Assembly (NCBI GenBank): GCA_030044695.1
Contig: JASIDM010000102.1
Location: 1-30,722, forward strand
Source: Thermoplasmata archaeon
GTDB lineage: Archaea > Thermoplasmatota > Thermoplasmata > Lutacidiplasmatales > UBA184
Length of the DNA: 30,722 nt
Direction of reading: 5' to 3'
The translations under genes were made by a program, and so were the position numbers. The notes beneath the pieces are model-generated. The model was given only the letters and a program-made list of their open reading frames with translations, was not told where the DNA came from and did not search any database. Below, piece by piece: positions 16,700-26,672 of the stretch (position 1 is its first letter; every line of letters begins with the position of its first letter).

Positions 16700-17485
16700 T
16701 TGGGACACTCAGCGAGGCACGGCCCGTCGTGGACGATCCCCGCTCTGGCGCTGTCGGCCTTCGCCCTGATGGCGCCGGTCGTGGGCTCGATGACCGGGGT
16801 TTCCGCGAACGCGCTCTACCCGACGGCCTCGCCCGCCCCCGCCGCGACGCAGGTCGTCGCAGGCGCGACGTGGGACGGCCATAACCTGACCAACGCCGGC
16901 ACCCCGGCGAAGGCGTTCTCCCTCTCCAAGGGGCAGAGCGCGACGCTCAACTTCAGCTACACGCAGATCTCGGGCGGGACGGTGACCAACGCGACGGTCG
17001 AGGTGCTGTACCTCGGCATCGTGCTGACAACCTCCAAGGCCGCGACGCGCGTCGTCGGCGGTCCGCCGATCGCCGGCGTGGCCGAGATCAACTGGTCGTT
17101 CGGCCCGCTGACCGATGCCCTCCAAGGCGTCCTGGAACTGAAGGCCAGCCTCCAGTTCTCCACGGGCGCGACGGCGTGGACCCAGTCGTTCTACGTCTTC
17201 GTGAAGACCCCGTACCTCCTGGAGTCCGCGGCGGTCATCGTCTTCCTGATCCTGACCGTGGCCGAGCTGTACTGGGGGATCGCCGCGGTTCGCGATGCGC
17301 GCCGGAGCCGTGGACCACCCGCGGCGGGGACCGAGCCTCCCAAGCCCTGGAAGGGACCCGCCGAGGGCGGCGCTAGCTCGTCGGGAGCTTCGCCAGCGTC
17401 CGCGGACGGATCGTCCACGTCGTCCCCACCACCGTCGTCCCCTCCCGGGTCCGGCACGGGGGGTGGCCCCCCAGGGTCGCCATGA
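16700..17485 (+). CDS. Hypothetical membrane-anchored secreted protein
   Basis: Signal-like N-terminus, beta-rich domain with sequons, TM ([19 protein letters not shown]), Pro/Ser/Gly-rich tail. Confidence 0.7.
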   Translation: MGHSARHGPSWTIPALALSAFALMAPVVGSMTGVSANALYPTASPAPAATQVVAGATWDGHNLTNAGTPAKAFSLSKGQSATLNFSYTQISGGTVTNATVEVLYLGIVLTTSKAATRVVGGPPIAGVAEINWSFGPLTDALQGVLELKASLQFSTGATAWTQSFYVFVKTPYLLESAAVIVFLILTVAELYWGIAAVRDARRSRGPPAAGTEPPKPWKGPAEGGASSSGASPASADGSSTSSPPPSSPPGSGTGGGPPGSP

Positions 17486-17685
17486 GCGCCACGTCGTCCG
17501 CCACCAGCTCGGGGGTCGTGCTGGGGATCGTGCTCGTGTTCCTCGCCCAACAGCTCGGATTCCTCGCGCTCTCGGACCTCGTGACCAGCATCCTCTACTT
17601 CGCCGTCGGGGCGATCGTCTTCGGCGTCATCTTCGGGATCGCGGCCCGCCTGGCCGGGCGTCGCCCACCGCCTTCCACGCCGTAA
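17482..17685 (+). CDS. Small 2-TM membrane protein
   Basis: ATGA overlap with the upstream gene; two hydrophobic helices and an RRPPP tail. Confidence 0.65.
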   Translation: MSATSSATSSGVVLGIVLVFLAQQLGFLALSDLVTSILYFAVGAIVFGVIFGIAARLAGRRPPPSTP

Positions 17686-17750
17686 CGCGTCGGGCGCGAG
17701 GCCACCCTTCCCGAGGGGGACCTTACAAGCTCCGCGGAAATCCGGGGCCC

Positions 17751-19445
17751 GTGGCCGTCCAGCTCGGGGTGGGCCGTGTCGTGCGCGCCCCCCGGGGGGC
17801 CACGCGGACGTGCCGAGGCTGGAGCCAGGAGGCGGCCCTCCGCCTCCTCATGAACAACCTCGACCCGGACGTCGCCCGAGATCCGGAGCATCTGATCGTC
17901 TACGGCGGCCGGGGCAAGGCGGCCCGGGACTGGGCGTCGTTCGATCGGATCGTCGACGCGCTGCGCGAGCTGGGCGACGAGGAGACGCTGCTCATCCAGT
18001 CGGGCAAGCCGGTCGGGGTGTTCCCCACCCATGCCGACGCGCCGCGGGTCCTGATCTCCAACGCGGTCGTCGTGCCGAGGTGGGCCACGGACGAGGTGTT
18101 CTGGGACCTGGAGGCGCGGGGGCTCACCATGTACGGCCAGATGACCGCCGGTAGCTGGATCTACATCGGGACCCAGGGGATCCTCCAGGGGACGTACGAG
18201 ACCCTCGCCGCCCTCGCCCGGACCGAGTTCGGGGCGACCGACCTGCGGGGGCGCTGGATGCTCTCGAGCGGCCTGGGCGAGATGGGGGGCGCCCAGCCGC
18301 TGGCCGTAACCATGCTTGGCGGAGGCGCCCTCGTGGTCGACGTCGACCCGCGAGCCCTGGAGCGACGCCATCGCCTGCAGTTCCTGGACGAGATCGCCTC
18401 AGGGCTCGACGCCGCCCTGGACCGGGTCCGCGGGGCCGCGGCCGCGAAGGAGCCGATCTCGGTAGGGCTCTGCGCCAACGCGGCGGACGTCTACCCGGAG
18501 CTGGCTCGGCGCGGCGTGGTGCCGGACATCGTCAGCGACCAGACCGCCGCGCATGACCTGCGCGTCGGCTACATCCCGCAGGGCCTCACGGTGGAGGCGG
18601 CCGCTCGCGAGCGGGAGCGGGACGAGGCGGGGTACCTCGCCCGGGTCCGCGCCTCGCTCGCGGCCGAGGCCCGCGCGATCCTCGAGCTCCAGCGCCAGGG
18701 CGCCAAGGCGTTCGACTACGGCAACAGCTTCCGGGCCCGGGCGCAGGAGGCCGGCGTGGCGGACGCCTTCGAGATCCCGGGGTACGTCCCCCGCTACATC
18801 CGGCCGCTGTTCGCTGTCGGCAGCGGTCCGTTCCGTTGGCTGGCCCTCAGCGGCGACCCCGAGGACATCCGGCGGATCGACCGGGCGATCCTCGCCGAGT
18901 TCGCTTCCAACGAGCACCTCGCCCGCTGGATCCGGCTCGCGGGCGAACGGGTGCGCTTCCAGGGGCTCCCGGCCCGGATCTGCTACATGGGCTACGGGGA
19001 GCGGGAACGATTCGGCCACCTGGTCAACGCCCTCGTCCATGACGGGGAGCTCGCCGCGCCGGTGGCGATCGGCCGGGACCACCACGACTCCGGGGCCGTC
19101 GCCAGCCCCTACCGCGAGACCGAGGCGATGCGGGACGGTTCCGACGCCGTCGCGGACTGGCCGGTGCTGAACGCCCTGCTGAACGTCGCGAGCGGGGCGA
19201 GCTGGGTCGCCTTCCACCACGGAGGCGGCGTCGGGATCGGCAACGCCCTCCATGCGGGGCTGGTCGTCGTCGCCGACGGGACCGAGGGAGCCGACCGCCG
19301 CCTGGGCCGCGTGCTCCACAACGATCCCGGCCTCGGCGTGGCGCGGCACGCCGATGCCGGCTACGACGCGTCGGTCCGCCTGGCAGCCTCCGCGCGGTTC
19401 CGTATCCCGGGCTCCCGCTCCGAGGCGAGAGCGCGTCCACCCTGA
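17751..19445 (+). CDS. hutU: Urocanate hydratase
   Basis: [79 protein letters not shown]. Start set at GTG 17751. Confidence 0.96.
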   Translation: MAVQLGVGRVVRAPRGATRTCRGWSQEAALRLLMNNLDPDVARDPEHLIVYGGRGKAARDWASFDRIVDALRELGDEETLLIQSGKPVGVFPTHADAPRVLISNAVVVPRWATDEVFWDLEARGLTMYGQMTAGSWIYIGTQGILQGTYETLAALARTEFGATDLRGRWMLSSGLGEMGGAQPLAVTMLGGGALVVDVDPRALERRHRLQFLDEIASGLDAALDRVRGAAAAKEPISVGLCANAADVYPELARRGVVPDIVSDQTAAHDLRVGYIPQGLTVEAAARERERDEAGYLARVRASLAAEARAILELQRQGAKAFDYGNSFRARAQEAGVADAFEIPGYVPRYIRPLFAVGSGPFRWLALSGDPEDIRRIDRAILAEFASNEHLARWIRLAGERVRFQGLPARICYMGYGERERFGHLVNALVHDGELAAPVAIGRDHHDSGAVASPYRETEAMRDGSDAVADWPVLNALLNVASGASWVAFHHGGGVGIGNALHAGLVVVADGTEGADRRLGRVLHNDPGLGVARHADAGYDASVRLAASARFRIPGSRSEARARPP

Positions 19446-19513
19446 GCCGGCCCCGCTCGCACCGTGAGAACCACCACGGCCGTCAGGTCCGGAGCTCACG
19501 ACGAGCGATTGGC

Positions 19514-19903
19514 CTAGTAAGCCTCTACCGCGAGCCCGGGGACTCGACCGGAGCCGACAGCTCCGGTGGCCAGGACACAGCGGTGACGGAGCGCCGTCGC
19601 CACGTTCCTGGCGTCGATCCTCGGAAGCGGTTCGCCTCGGGCCCGGGGCTCCGCTCGCGACTCTCCCGCCACCAGGCTACACTCTCGGTCGAAGGGGATC
19701 ACGTGACACTCGGAGATGCGTGGCATCGCTCGGGCAAGGTAGGGACCACCCGCCACGTGTGCTCCGTCGAGGAGGTCGGCGAGGACCGGGGCGGAGTCAG
19801 CAAGGACCTCCTCCGCGGCGTCCGACGCCTTCACCTTGGCCCCCGGGCCCCGATGCCCTCGAAGCACGTCGATCAGGAACGGGGTGTCGAGGGCACGGAC
19901 CAC
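19514..19903 (-). CDS. vapC: VapC-like PIN toxin with degenerate motifs
   Basis: LDTPFLIDVLRG, VIPFDRECSLVAGE, IDARNVATAL, VPGLAVEAY; directly follows the antitoxin stop. Confidence 0.75.
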   Translation of the reverse strand: MVRALDTPFLIDVLRGHRGPGAKVKASDAAEEVLADSAPVLADLLDGAHVAGGPYLARAMPRISECHVIPFDRECSLVAGESRAEPRARGEPLPRIDARNVATALRHRCVLATGAVGSGRVPGLAVEAY

Positions 19904-20149
19904 TCAACGCCCCTCGCGCATCCGCCGGCGGAACCGTTGCTCGTTGAGAGTCCGCAGTCGCGTGCGCTCCCCCTGGATCTCTCGGAACGTCTTCTCCGGT
20001 AGGTCCGCCCAGGCGCCCACGAAGCTCGACAGGGGACGGTGAGCGCCCGCGAGCCGCTTCACGACCTGGCTGAACGACTCCCCCGCGCGCTTGTGGTTCC
20101 GCAGCAGGTCGTAGGCCTCGCGATCCAAGGCGACCGACGTGGTCCCCAT
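19904..20149 (-). CDS. vapB: Archaeal VapB-type antitoxin (DUF217-like)
   Basis: TTSVALDREAYDLLRNHKRAGESFSQVVKRL followed by LSSFVGAW. Confidence 0.8.
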   Translation of the reverse strand: MGTTSVALDREAYDLLRNHKRAGESFSQVVKRLAGAHRPLSSFVGAWADLPEKTFREIQGERTRLRTLNEQRFRRRMREGR

Positions 20150-20368
20150 CGTCTATCTATGGCCAACACACGTGACTAACATACGATCTAGGGGTCGATC
20201 GTCCTCGTCCAAGTCGGCCGAGTCCGAGGAGGGCACGGGGAACGCTGGGGGCCGACCGTGCTAGGGCATGACAACCCGTCCAAGACCCCGGCCGTGCCGG
20301 CGAACACGCCCTTATCACCCTCCCCTACGAAATTCCTACCTGACGGGAGCAAGCCCGTCGCACAGAAC

Positions 20369-21745
20369 ATGCAGACGAAGAGAACGACGGCCCGCCTCGC
20401 GTCGATCGCCGTCGTGGCGCTGTTCGGCCTCGCGGTCGTCCCTGCCCTCGCCGGTGCGGCGGGGGCCTCGACGGTCGCGGCGAGCTCGAACCCCGCCGCG
20501 AACGGTCCGACGAGCTGGGCCTACGGAGGCCAAGGCTGGAACTCGGGAGGCTTCACGCTCGGTGGCGTGAGCTTCTCGTGGAACGCGACGCTGGGCGGCG
20601 CCGTGATCCTCAACGCGACGAACACGAGCGCGACCACGACCGAGCTCGCGCTGACCCGGACGGTGATGGAGTCGGTGACGATGAGCTACACCGCGCCCAA
20701 CGCGTCCTGGAACTACCACATGAAGGCGCTCGAGGTCGACCACGGCTACGCCAACCTCACCAACGCTTCGAGCGTGACGCTCTCGAACCTGACGACGGTC
20801 CCGGCGCTCGGGATCCTCAACGCCTCGCTGGACGCCAGCGTCTCCCTGCAGGCGTCCCTGGTCGGGACGCTCGGGAACAAGACCGCGAGCGACTACCTGA
20901 ACGTCTCGGGCTGGGCCCACGCCCAGGTCGGCTTCTCGCCGTCGCTCGGCCTGGTGCCGCTGAACCTCACCGGCGTGACGGGCTGGAGCTCCTCGGCGGT
21001 CGCCTCGGGCAGCGCCGCCTGGAACGTCAGCTGGGCGTTCGCGAACCACGGCTGGAACGGCACGAGCGCGAGCCGCAGCGGCGACATCAACGGCACCTGG
21101 TCGACGTCGACGACCGTGGTCCTGGTCGGGCACGTCGCGGGGACCTACGCCAAGTGGGTCGACCACCGCGTCCGCACCGCCCTAGCCCTCGGGCTGACCG
21201 GGCCGTTCGACCTCTACGCGGGCGTGCTGTTCGTCCCCCGCGGCTTCGACATCCTCGGCGCGGGCACCTCGGCCTACGCGGGCTCGGGGATCGGGGCGAC
21301 GGCGGTGACCTCGGAGTACCTGTTCGTCACCACGGGCTCCCACCACCTCTACGCGGGCGCGTTCAGCGCGGCGAACATGACCGGGGGCATCGGCAGCCCG
21401 GCGGCGCTCGCGCCGGTCGGCAGCGGCGGCATGACCCCTGCGGCCTCGAGCACCTCGAGCGTGGACCCGTCGGTCTACGAGCAGCCGGAGAGCGAGGGCG
21501 CGGCGGCGAGCCAGTTCCACTGCTTCGCCGTCGGCTGCTCGGCCGGCACGAGTCCGTTCTCGGGCCTGCTCGTCCCGCTGATCGTCGCGGGCGTGGCGGC
21601 CGCGGTCGTCATCGGACTGATCGCGAGCCGCCGCTCGCGCGGCCCCGGCGGGCAGCGCGCGGACGTCCCCCTCTCGGCGCAGGCCACCGTCCCGACCCCT
21701 CCCACCGGGGTCGAGCCGGCCGGCATCGTGCGCCCGCCGCAATAA
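20369..21745 (+). CDS. Hypothetical surface glycoprotein with C-terminal TM anchor
   Basis: ATG 20369 signal peptide (MQTKRTTARLASIAVVALFGL); Ser/Thr/Asn-rich with many NxS/T; TM followed by SRRSR. Confidence 0.75.
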   Translation: MQTKRTTARLASIAVVALFGLAVVPALAGAAGASTVAASSNPAANGPTSWAYGGQGWNSGGFTLGGVSFSWNATLGGAVILNATNTSATTTELALTRTVMESVTMSYTAPNASWNYHMKALEVDHGYANLTNASSVTLSNLTTVPALGILNASLDASVSLQASLVGTLGNKTASDYLNVSGWAHAQVGFSPSLGLVPLNLTGVTGWSSSAVASGSAAWNVSWAFANHGWNGTSASRSGDINGTWSTSTTVVLVGHVAGTYAKWVDHRVRTALALGLTGPFDLYAGVLFVPRGFDILGAGTSAYAGSGIGATAVTSEYLFVTTGSHHLYAGAFSAANMTGGIGSPAALAPVGSGGMTPAASSTSSVDPSVYEQPESEGAAASQFHCFAVGCSAGTSPFSGLLVPLIVAGVAAAVVIGLIASRRSRGPGGQRADVPLSAQATVPTPPTGVEPAGIVRPPQ

Positions 21746-21747
21746 AC

Positions 21748-21816
21748 GGGCCGCCCGCGCGGCCCCAGGAGGTGGGTCCTTCGGGACCCACCGTAACCCC
21801 TTCCCGGGAGTTTTTC
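21748..21816. terminator. Two hairpins plus a T tract between convergent genes
   Basis: GGGCCGC-CCGC-GCGGCCC at 21748-21765; perfect GGTGGGTCC-TTCG-GGACCCACC at 21771-21792; T6 at 21811-21816. Confidence 0.55.
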
Positions 21817-21835
21817 GAACCTCATCCTTGCGGCG

Positions 21836-22288
21836 CTATCGCCGCCCAGCCAGGACCCGTCGGGCCCCCTCGAGGACCGTGCGGTCCGTGACGTAGGGGA
21901 CCATGGGGAGCGCCGCCTCGAGTGTCACCCAGACGAACCGGTCGAACGTCGACTCCAGCGCGGGGACCCCTGCGGGCGACGTCCCGAGGAAGTAGACGCT
22001 CGTCTTGTGGACGTTCAGCCCTCGCGCGGGGGCGTAGAAGCGGTAGGAGACCTCCGCGACCTCGACGCCGAGGCGAACATCGTCCAGGCCGGTCTCCTCC
22101 CGAACCTCGCGGGCCGCCGCCGCCTCAAGGGACTCCCCGGGGTCGACGTGCCCCTTGGGCAGGCACCAGCGGTCCTCGCGCGGCTCGTGAAGCAGGAGGA
22201 GGCGGTCGTCGCGGATCACCACCGCGCCGGCCGCCAGCTCCGCCACGATCGGAGCGTTCGCGCGGTACGCTTGGTGCAAGGAAGGCAC
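21836..22288 (-). CDS. Nudix hydrolase (Ap4A-hydrolase-like)
   Basis: Complete Nudix box PKGHVDPGESLEAAAAREVREETGL. Confidence 0.92.
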   Translation of the reverse strand: MPSLHQAYRANAPIVAELAAGAVVIRDDRLLLLHEPREDRWCLPKGHVDPGESLEAAAAREVREETGLDDVRLGVEVAEVSYRFYAPARGLNVHKTSVYFLGTSPAGVPALESTFDRFVWVTLEAALPMVPYVTDRTVLEGARRVLAGRR

Positions 22289-22383
22289 GCCGACCGGCTA
22301 GCTCCCACGGCCATGAGCGCTTCGGCCGGGGGACGCCGGTCCGCGCACCACCGTTATGGACGCGCGGGGCTGGGACGGCCGGG

Positions 22384-23979
22384 ATGCTTGACGCCGGCGA
22401 GGAGTACCACGACCTCGCGACGTTGATCCGCGGCAAGGCGGCCAAGAACGGTCGGCGTCCCGCGCTCCGATTCGAACACCGCCGTCTCAGCTACGCGGAG
22501 CTTGACGTTGAGTCGGAGCGGGTCGCCGCGGGCCTGGCGGGTCGGGGCATCGCGCCCGGCGAGGGCGTGGCAGCCCTGCTGTTCAACACCCCCGAGTTCC
22601 CCCTCCTCTGGTTCGGCGCCGCCAAGGCCCGCGCGGTCCTGGTGCCGCTGAACACCGGCCTCAAGGGCGAGCTGCTCCGGTACGAGCTCGCCGACAGCGC
22701 CCCCAAGGCGATCGTGATCGACCGGCGCCTCTGGCCGGCGTACGAACCGCTGCGCGAAGCGCTCCGGATCCCGCTGGAGTTCGTCGTCGACCCGGCCGAG
22801 GGGGGGGCCGGGTCGCCGCCGTCCGGAGTCCTGCCGTTCACGGAGCTGCCCGCGGACGTGCCGTCGTCGCTGCCGGAACCGCCGCGGCCGAGCGACCCGG
22901 TCTCGGTGATGTACACGAGCGGGACGACCGGCCCGCCGAAGGGGGCGATCATCCCGCACCAGAAGCAGATCACCACCCCGCTGGAGATCGCCCGCCGGAG
23001 CCGCCTCGCGCCGGGGAGCGTGCTGTTCACCGGCCTGCCCCTGTTCCACTGCAACGCCCAGGAGATGACGACGCTCTGCGCGCTGCTGCACGACCTCGAG
23101 GCGGCCTTCGACGAGCGGTTCCACGCGAGCACCTACTGGGAGACCGCCGCCCGGCTCGGCGCGACCCACGTGTCGCTGCTAATCGCGATGATCAACATCC
23201 TCTACAAGCAACCGGAGAAATCGACGGACCAGGGCCACGGCGTCCGGACCGCGCTGACCGCCGGGACCACCAAGGCGATCTGGGCGGACTTCGAGCGCCG
23301 GTTCGGCCTCACCATCGTCGAGCTGTACGGCATGACCGAGTGCGGGTGCACGACGCTCATGAACCCGCCCGAGGCGATCCGGCTCGGCTCGATCGGGACG
23401 CCGCTCGGCTTCGTCGAGGCCCAGGTCGTCGACGACGACGATCGACCCGTCGGCCCCCATGTGCGCGGCGAGCTGGTCGTGCGCCCCCGGGCGCCCCACA
23501 CGATGTTCCTCGGCTACCTCCACCAGCCCGAGAAGACCGCCGAGGCGTGGCGGAACCGCTGGTTCCACACCGGCGACACCGTGACCCGCGACGAGGACGG
23601 CTACTACTACTTCGTCGACCGCAAGAAGGACATCATCCGCCGGCGCGGGGAGAACCTGGCGCCGTACGACGTCGAGATGGTCCTGAACCGCCACCCCGGG
23701 GTCTTCGAATCCGTGGTCGTCGGCGTCCCGTCGCCGCTCGGCGAGGAGGACGTGAAGGCCTACGTCCAGGTCCGGCCGGGGACCCGGCTCGAGGCCAAGG
23801 AGCTGTTCGAGTACTGCGTGCGCGAGCTGCCGTTCTTCATGGTCCCGAAGCTCCTCGAGTTCGTCGACGAGATCCCGAAGACGGCGAACCAGAAGTCCCA
23901 GCGCTATCTGCTGCGCCAACGGACGGGAGGGACCGAGTACGACCGAGACCGGCTCGGCGTCGTCGTCCGCGCCCCGTAA
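22384..23979 (+). CDS. Acyl-CoA synthetase, CaiC (crotonobetaine/carnitine-CoA ligase)-like
   Basis: YTSGTTGPPKG, LPLFHCNA, YGMTE, WFHTGD, DRKKDIIRRRGEN; ATG 22384. Confidence 0.92.
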   Translation: MLDAGEEYHDLATLIRGKAAKNGRRPALRFEHRRLSYAELDVESERVAAGLAGRGIAPGEGVAALLFNTPEFPLLWFGAAKARAVLVPLNTGLKGELLRYELADSAPKAIVIDRRLWPAYEPLREALRIPLEFVVDPAEGGAGSPPSGVLPFTELPADVPSSLPEPPRPSDPVSVMYTSGTTGPPKGAIIPHQKQITTPLEIARRSRLAPGSVLFTGLPLFHCNAQEMTTLCALLHDLEAAFDERFHASTYWETAARLGATHVSLLIAMINILYKQPEKSTDQGHGVRTALTAGTTKAIWADFERRFGLTIVELYGMTECGCTTLMNPPEAIRLGSIGTPLGFVEAQVVDDDDRPVGPHVRGELVVRPRAPHTMFLGYLHQPEKTAEAWRNRWFHTGDTVTRDEDGYYYFVDRKKDIIRRRGENLAPYDVEMVLNRHPGVFESVVVGVPSPLGEEDVKAYVQVRPGTRLEAKELFEYCVRELPFFMVPKLLEFVDEIPKTANQKSQRYLLRQRTGGTEYDRDRLGVVVRAP

Positions 23980-24013
23980 GCCCCGATCCCCCCCGCGCAA
24001 GGGGAGCCTCGTC

Positions 24014-24418
24014 CTGATCGACACGAACGCCGCGCTACTCCCGTTCCGCGAGCATCTCGACCTTGCCGGCGAGGTACGGAAGGTCCTCCCCGGCGCCGAG
24101 CTCGCCGTGCCGACCGTGGTCCGGGCCGAGCTCGACGGACTGGTCGCGCGCGGGACCCCGGGCGCCGCCGCGGCCCGGACGTTCGCGCGCGCGCTGCGGC
24201 CGGTGCCGAGCCGAGGCCGCGGGGACGCCGGCGTCGTCGAGGCGGCCGTGCGGCTCCGGGCGACCGTCGTCACGGGCGACCGAGCCCTCGCGGAACGTCT
24301 GCGCCGCGCCGGCGTCGCCGTCCTCGTGCCCCGCGAGCACAGCCGGCTCGAGCTCAAGCTTCCGCGGCCCGGAGCACGACCGGCGCCGTCCCGGCGACCT
24401 CGCCGCCCCAAGGGTTAA
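24014..24418 (+). CDS. PIN-domain nuclease (Fcf1/Utp24-like archaeal type)
   Basis: The frame extends upstream of the track's GTG 24107 to LIDTNAALLPF. It has four acidic residues (DTN, AELD, GDAG, VTGD). No canonical start; CTG 24014 is proposed. Confidence 0.8.
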   Translation: MIDTNAALLPFREHLDLAGEVRKVLPGAELAVPTVVRAELDGLVARGTPGAAAARTFARALRPVPSRGRGDAGVVEAAVRLRATVVTGDRALAERLRRAGVAVLVPREHSRLELKLPRPGARPAPSRRPRRPKG

Positions 24419-24451
24419 GAATCGACCCCGGCTCGTCAGCGATCGGCGGCG

Positions 24452-25519
24452 ATGCGGGACGACGATCGGCTGCTCGACCTGCCCGACGCCGAGTTCGGGA
24501 GCGGGGTCATCGGGGTCTGCGACATCTGCGGTCAGCGCCAGGCGGTGATCGTGCTCCACAAGGAGCGCTACCGCCTCTGCGTCCTCGATTTCCTGAACAA
24601 GACCTGGATCAAGAGCGAGAAGAAGCCGACCGCCCCGCCACCGGTCTATCGCAGCGAGCGGATCTGGTTCCCGACCGAGGCCGTGGCCGGGGGCCGGGCA
24701 CCCGCGATCGTCCTGACCCCGACCAAGGTCGTTCGGCACCCGGTCGTGCTCGTGACGCCGGACGTCTACGGGATCACCACGACCCTCCTGGACGGGGCGA
24801 TCCGTCTCGCCCGAGAGGGCTGCGAGGTGCTCCTCCCGGACGTCGGCAAGACGAACGGCATCGGCGTCGGCGCCCACCTCGCGCTGCGCTCCGGCCGGCT
24901 CGCTCGCGGCGGGGTGCCGGTCGCCTCCCCGAAGGTCGCCGAGCTCGTCGCGCTGTACCGGGACGGGCTGCGGTACCTGCTCACCCGGGAGATGGTCGAC
25001 CCGAACCGCTCGGCGGTCTTCGGCGCCTCCTACGGCGGGGCCCTCGCCCTCGCCGTCGCGGCGGAGAGCACTTCGCTCACCGCGGTCGCGCTGGCCTATC
25101 CCGTTCCCATCGCGCCGGAGACCCTGCCCGGTCTCGTCACCGCACCCCTGCTGCTGGTCCGGGGGGAGGGGGACCGGCTCGCCGAGAAGGCGGAGCGGCA
25201 GATCCGGTCCAGCTCGGCGGGGGCCGGCGCGACGTTCCTCGCCCTGCCCGGCGCCGGCCACGGCTTCCTGGCACGGGACCTTCGGGCGTACGACCTTCCC
25301 CTCGCGGAGCGGGCGTGGGGCGAGATCGTGGCGTTCCTCAGGGCCCGCCTCCTTCCGCCGCCTCCTCCGCCCCCACCCCCACCGGTGAAGCAGGCCGCCG
25401 TCGCCGTCACGCCCGCGACGGCACCGCCGGCTCCCTCGGCGATCGCGCCCCCGCCGACGAGGCCGACCGGATCGTCCCCGTCGGCGTCGCCCGGGGCCGG
25501 ACGGAACGCCGCGACCTAG
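24452..25519 (+). CDS. Dienelactone-hydrolase-family alpha/beta hydrolase with N-terminal Cys-rich domain
   Basis: PDVYG, GASYGG nucleophile elbow, GEGD, AGHGF; N-terminal CDICG-x17-CVLD; Pro-rich tail. Confidence 0.8.
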   Translation: MRDDDRLLDLPDAEFGSGVIGVCDICGQRQAVIVLHKERYRLCVLDFLNKTWIKSEKKPTAPPPVYRSERIWFPTEAVAGGRAPAIVLTPTKVVRHPVVLVTPDVYGITTTLLDGAIRLAREGCEVLLPDVGKTNGIGVGAHLALRSGRLARGGVPVASPKVAELVALYRDGLRYLLTREMVDPNRSAVFGASYGGALALAVAAESTSLTAVALAYPVPIAPETLPGLVTAPLLLVRGEGDRLAEKAERQIRSSSAGAGATFLALPGAGHGFLARDLRAYDLPLAERAWGEIVAFLRARLLPPPPPPPPPPVKQAAVAVTPATAPPAPSAIAPPPTRPTGSSPSASPGAGRNAAT

Positions 25520-26505
25520 CCGCCCGAGCTTGCACCGGGAAGGCCCGGGTAGTCGTAGAACCCCCGGCCCGTCTTCCGGCCAAGGTGTCCCGCCGCCACC
25601 ATCCGTCGCAGGAGCGGGGCAGGCCGGTACTTCGGGTCCCCGAAGTCGCGCGCGAGCGTCTCGGCGACGTCGAGCGCCACGTCCAGCCCGATCAGGTCCG
25701 CGAGCTCGAACGGACCCATCGGCATCCCCGCGCCGGCCTTCATGGCGAGGTCGATCTCCCGGGCCGACGCGACGTGCTCGTCGAGGGCGAAGCAGGCCTC
25801 GTTGAGGACCGGGATCAGCAAGCGATTGACGACGAACGCCGGCGACTCCTTGGTGTGCACCGGCACGAGCGACGAGCGATGGTTCCGCAGGCCCTGGAGG
25901 AAGTCGATCGTCTCCTGGACGACCTCGTCGTCGGTGTCGAGGCCTCCCGCGACCTCGACCAGCGGGAGCGTCGCCGGCGGGTTGAAGAAGTGGGTCACCA
26001 CCACGCGCCGCGCATGGCGGAGTCCGCGGGCGAGCCGGCTCACCGACAGCGACGAGGTGTTCGTCCCCAGGACGGCGTGGTCGGCCACGACCGCGTCGAG
26101 CGCCTCGAGGACCGGCCGCTTGACCTCCTCGCGCTCGAACACCGCCTCGATGACGAGGTCCGCGTCGCGGAAGGCGTCGTAGTCGGTGACCCCGCGCACC
26201 CTTCGGACGACCTCGTCGCCCCGCTCGCGTGAGAACTTCGGGGCCAGGGCCGCGCGGATCCGGCCCTGCTGCGCTTCGGTGAGCTCACCGGCTTCCTCCG
26301 CGACCCGGGCGAGCTCCTTGGCGGCCCGACCGGCGTGGTAGGCGACGAGCTCCTCGACGATCCCCCGGATGCGGGCGAGGCCCCGGTCCACCGTGGGGCG
26401 ATCGACGTCCTTGAGGACCACCTCGATCCCGTTGTAGGCGAGCAGTTCGGCGATCGCGGCGCCCATCGTCCCGGCACCCACGACCCCGGCCCGAACGACC
26501 CGCAC
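25516..26505 (-). CDS. 3-hydroxyacyl-CoA dehydrogenase
   Basis: [65 protein letters not shown]; GGAGG Shine-Dalgarno-like site before the GTG. Confidence 0.94.
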   Translation of the reverse strand: MRVVRAGVVGAGTMGAAIAELLAYNGIEVVLKDVDRPTVDRGLARIRGIVEELVAYHAGRAAKELARVAEEAGELTEAQQGRIRAALAPKFSRERGDEVVRRVRGVTDYDAFRDADLVIEAVFEREEVKRPVLEALDAVVADHAVLGTNTSSLSVSRLARGLRHARRVVVTHFFNPPATLPLVEVAGGLDTDDEVVQETIDFLQGLRNHRSSLVPVHTKESPAFVVNRLLIPVLNEACFALDEHVASAREIDLAMKAGAGMPMGPFELADLIGLDVALDVAETLARDFGDPKYRPAPLLRRMVAAGHLGRKTGRGFYDYPGLPGASSGG

Positions 26506-26672
26506 GCGCGCGACCTCCGCCCCGGACCGGCGGGAGCTTACTTAACCGACAGGGGACCGCGCGGCAACGCCCTGGCGCGGCCTTGCGGCCCGGGAAGGTT
26601 GCCTCGGCTGGAATCTCCGCGAGGGAAGCCCAACCGGCCCCCGGCGCGCCCCCGGGTACGCCGCCGTCGGGC

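Noticed and set aside
17295-17750. N-terminal extension of hutU in the track
   Set aside because: It overlaps two real genes; HutU similarity starts only after GTG 17751.
21922-22383. N-terminal extension of the acyl-CoA ligase
   Set aside because: It is antisense to the Nudix gene and R/P-rich; ATG 22384 is the plausible start.
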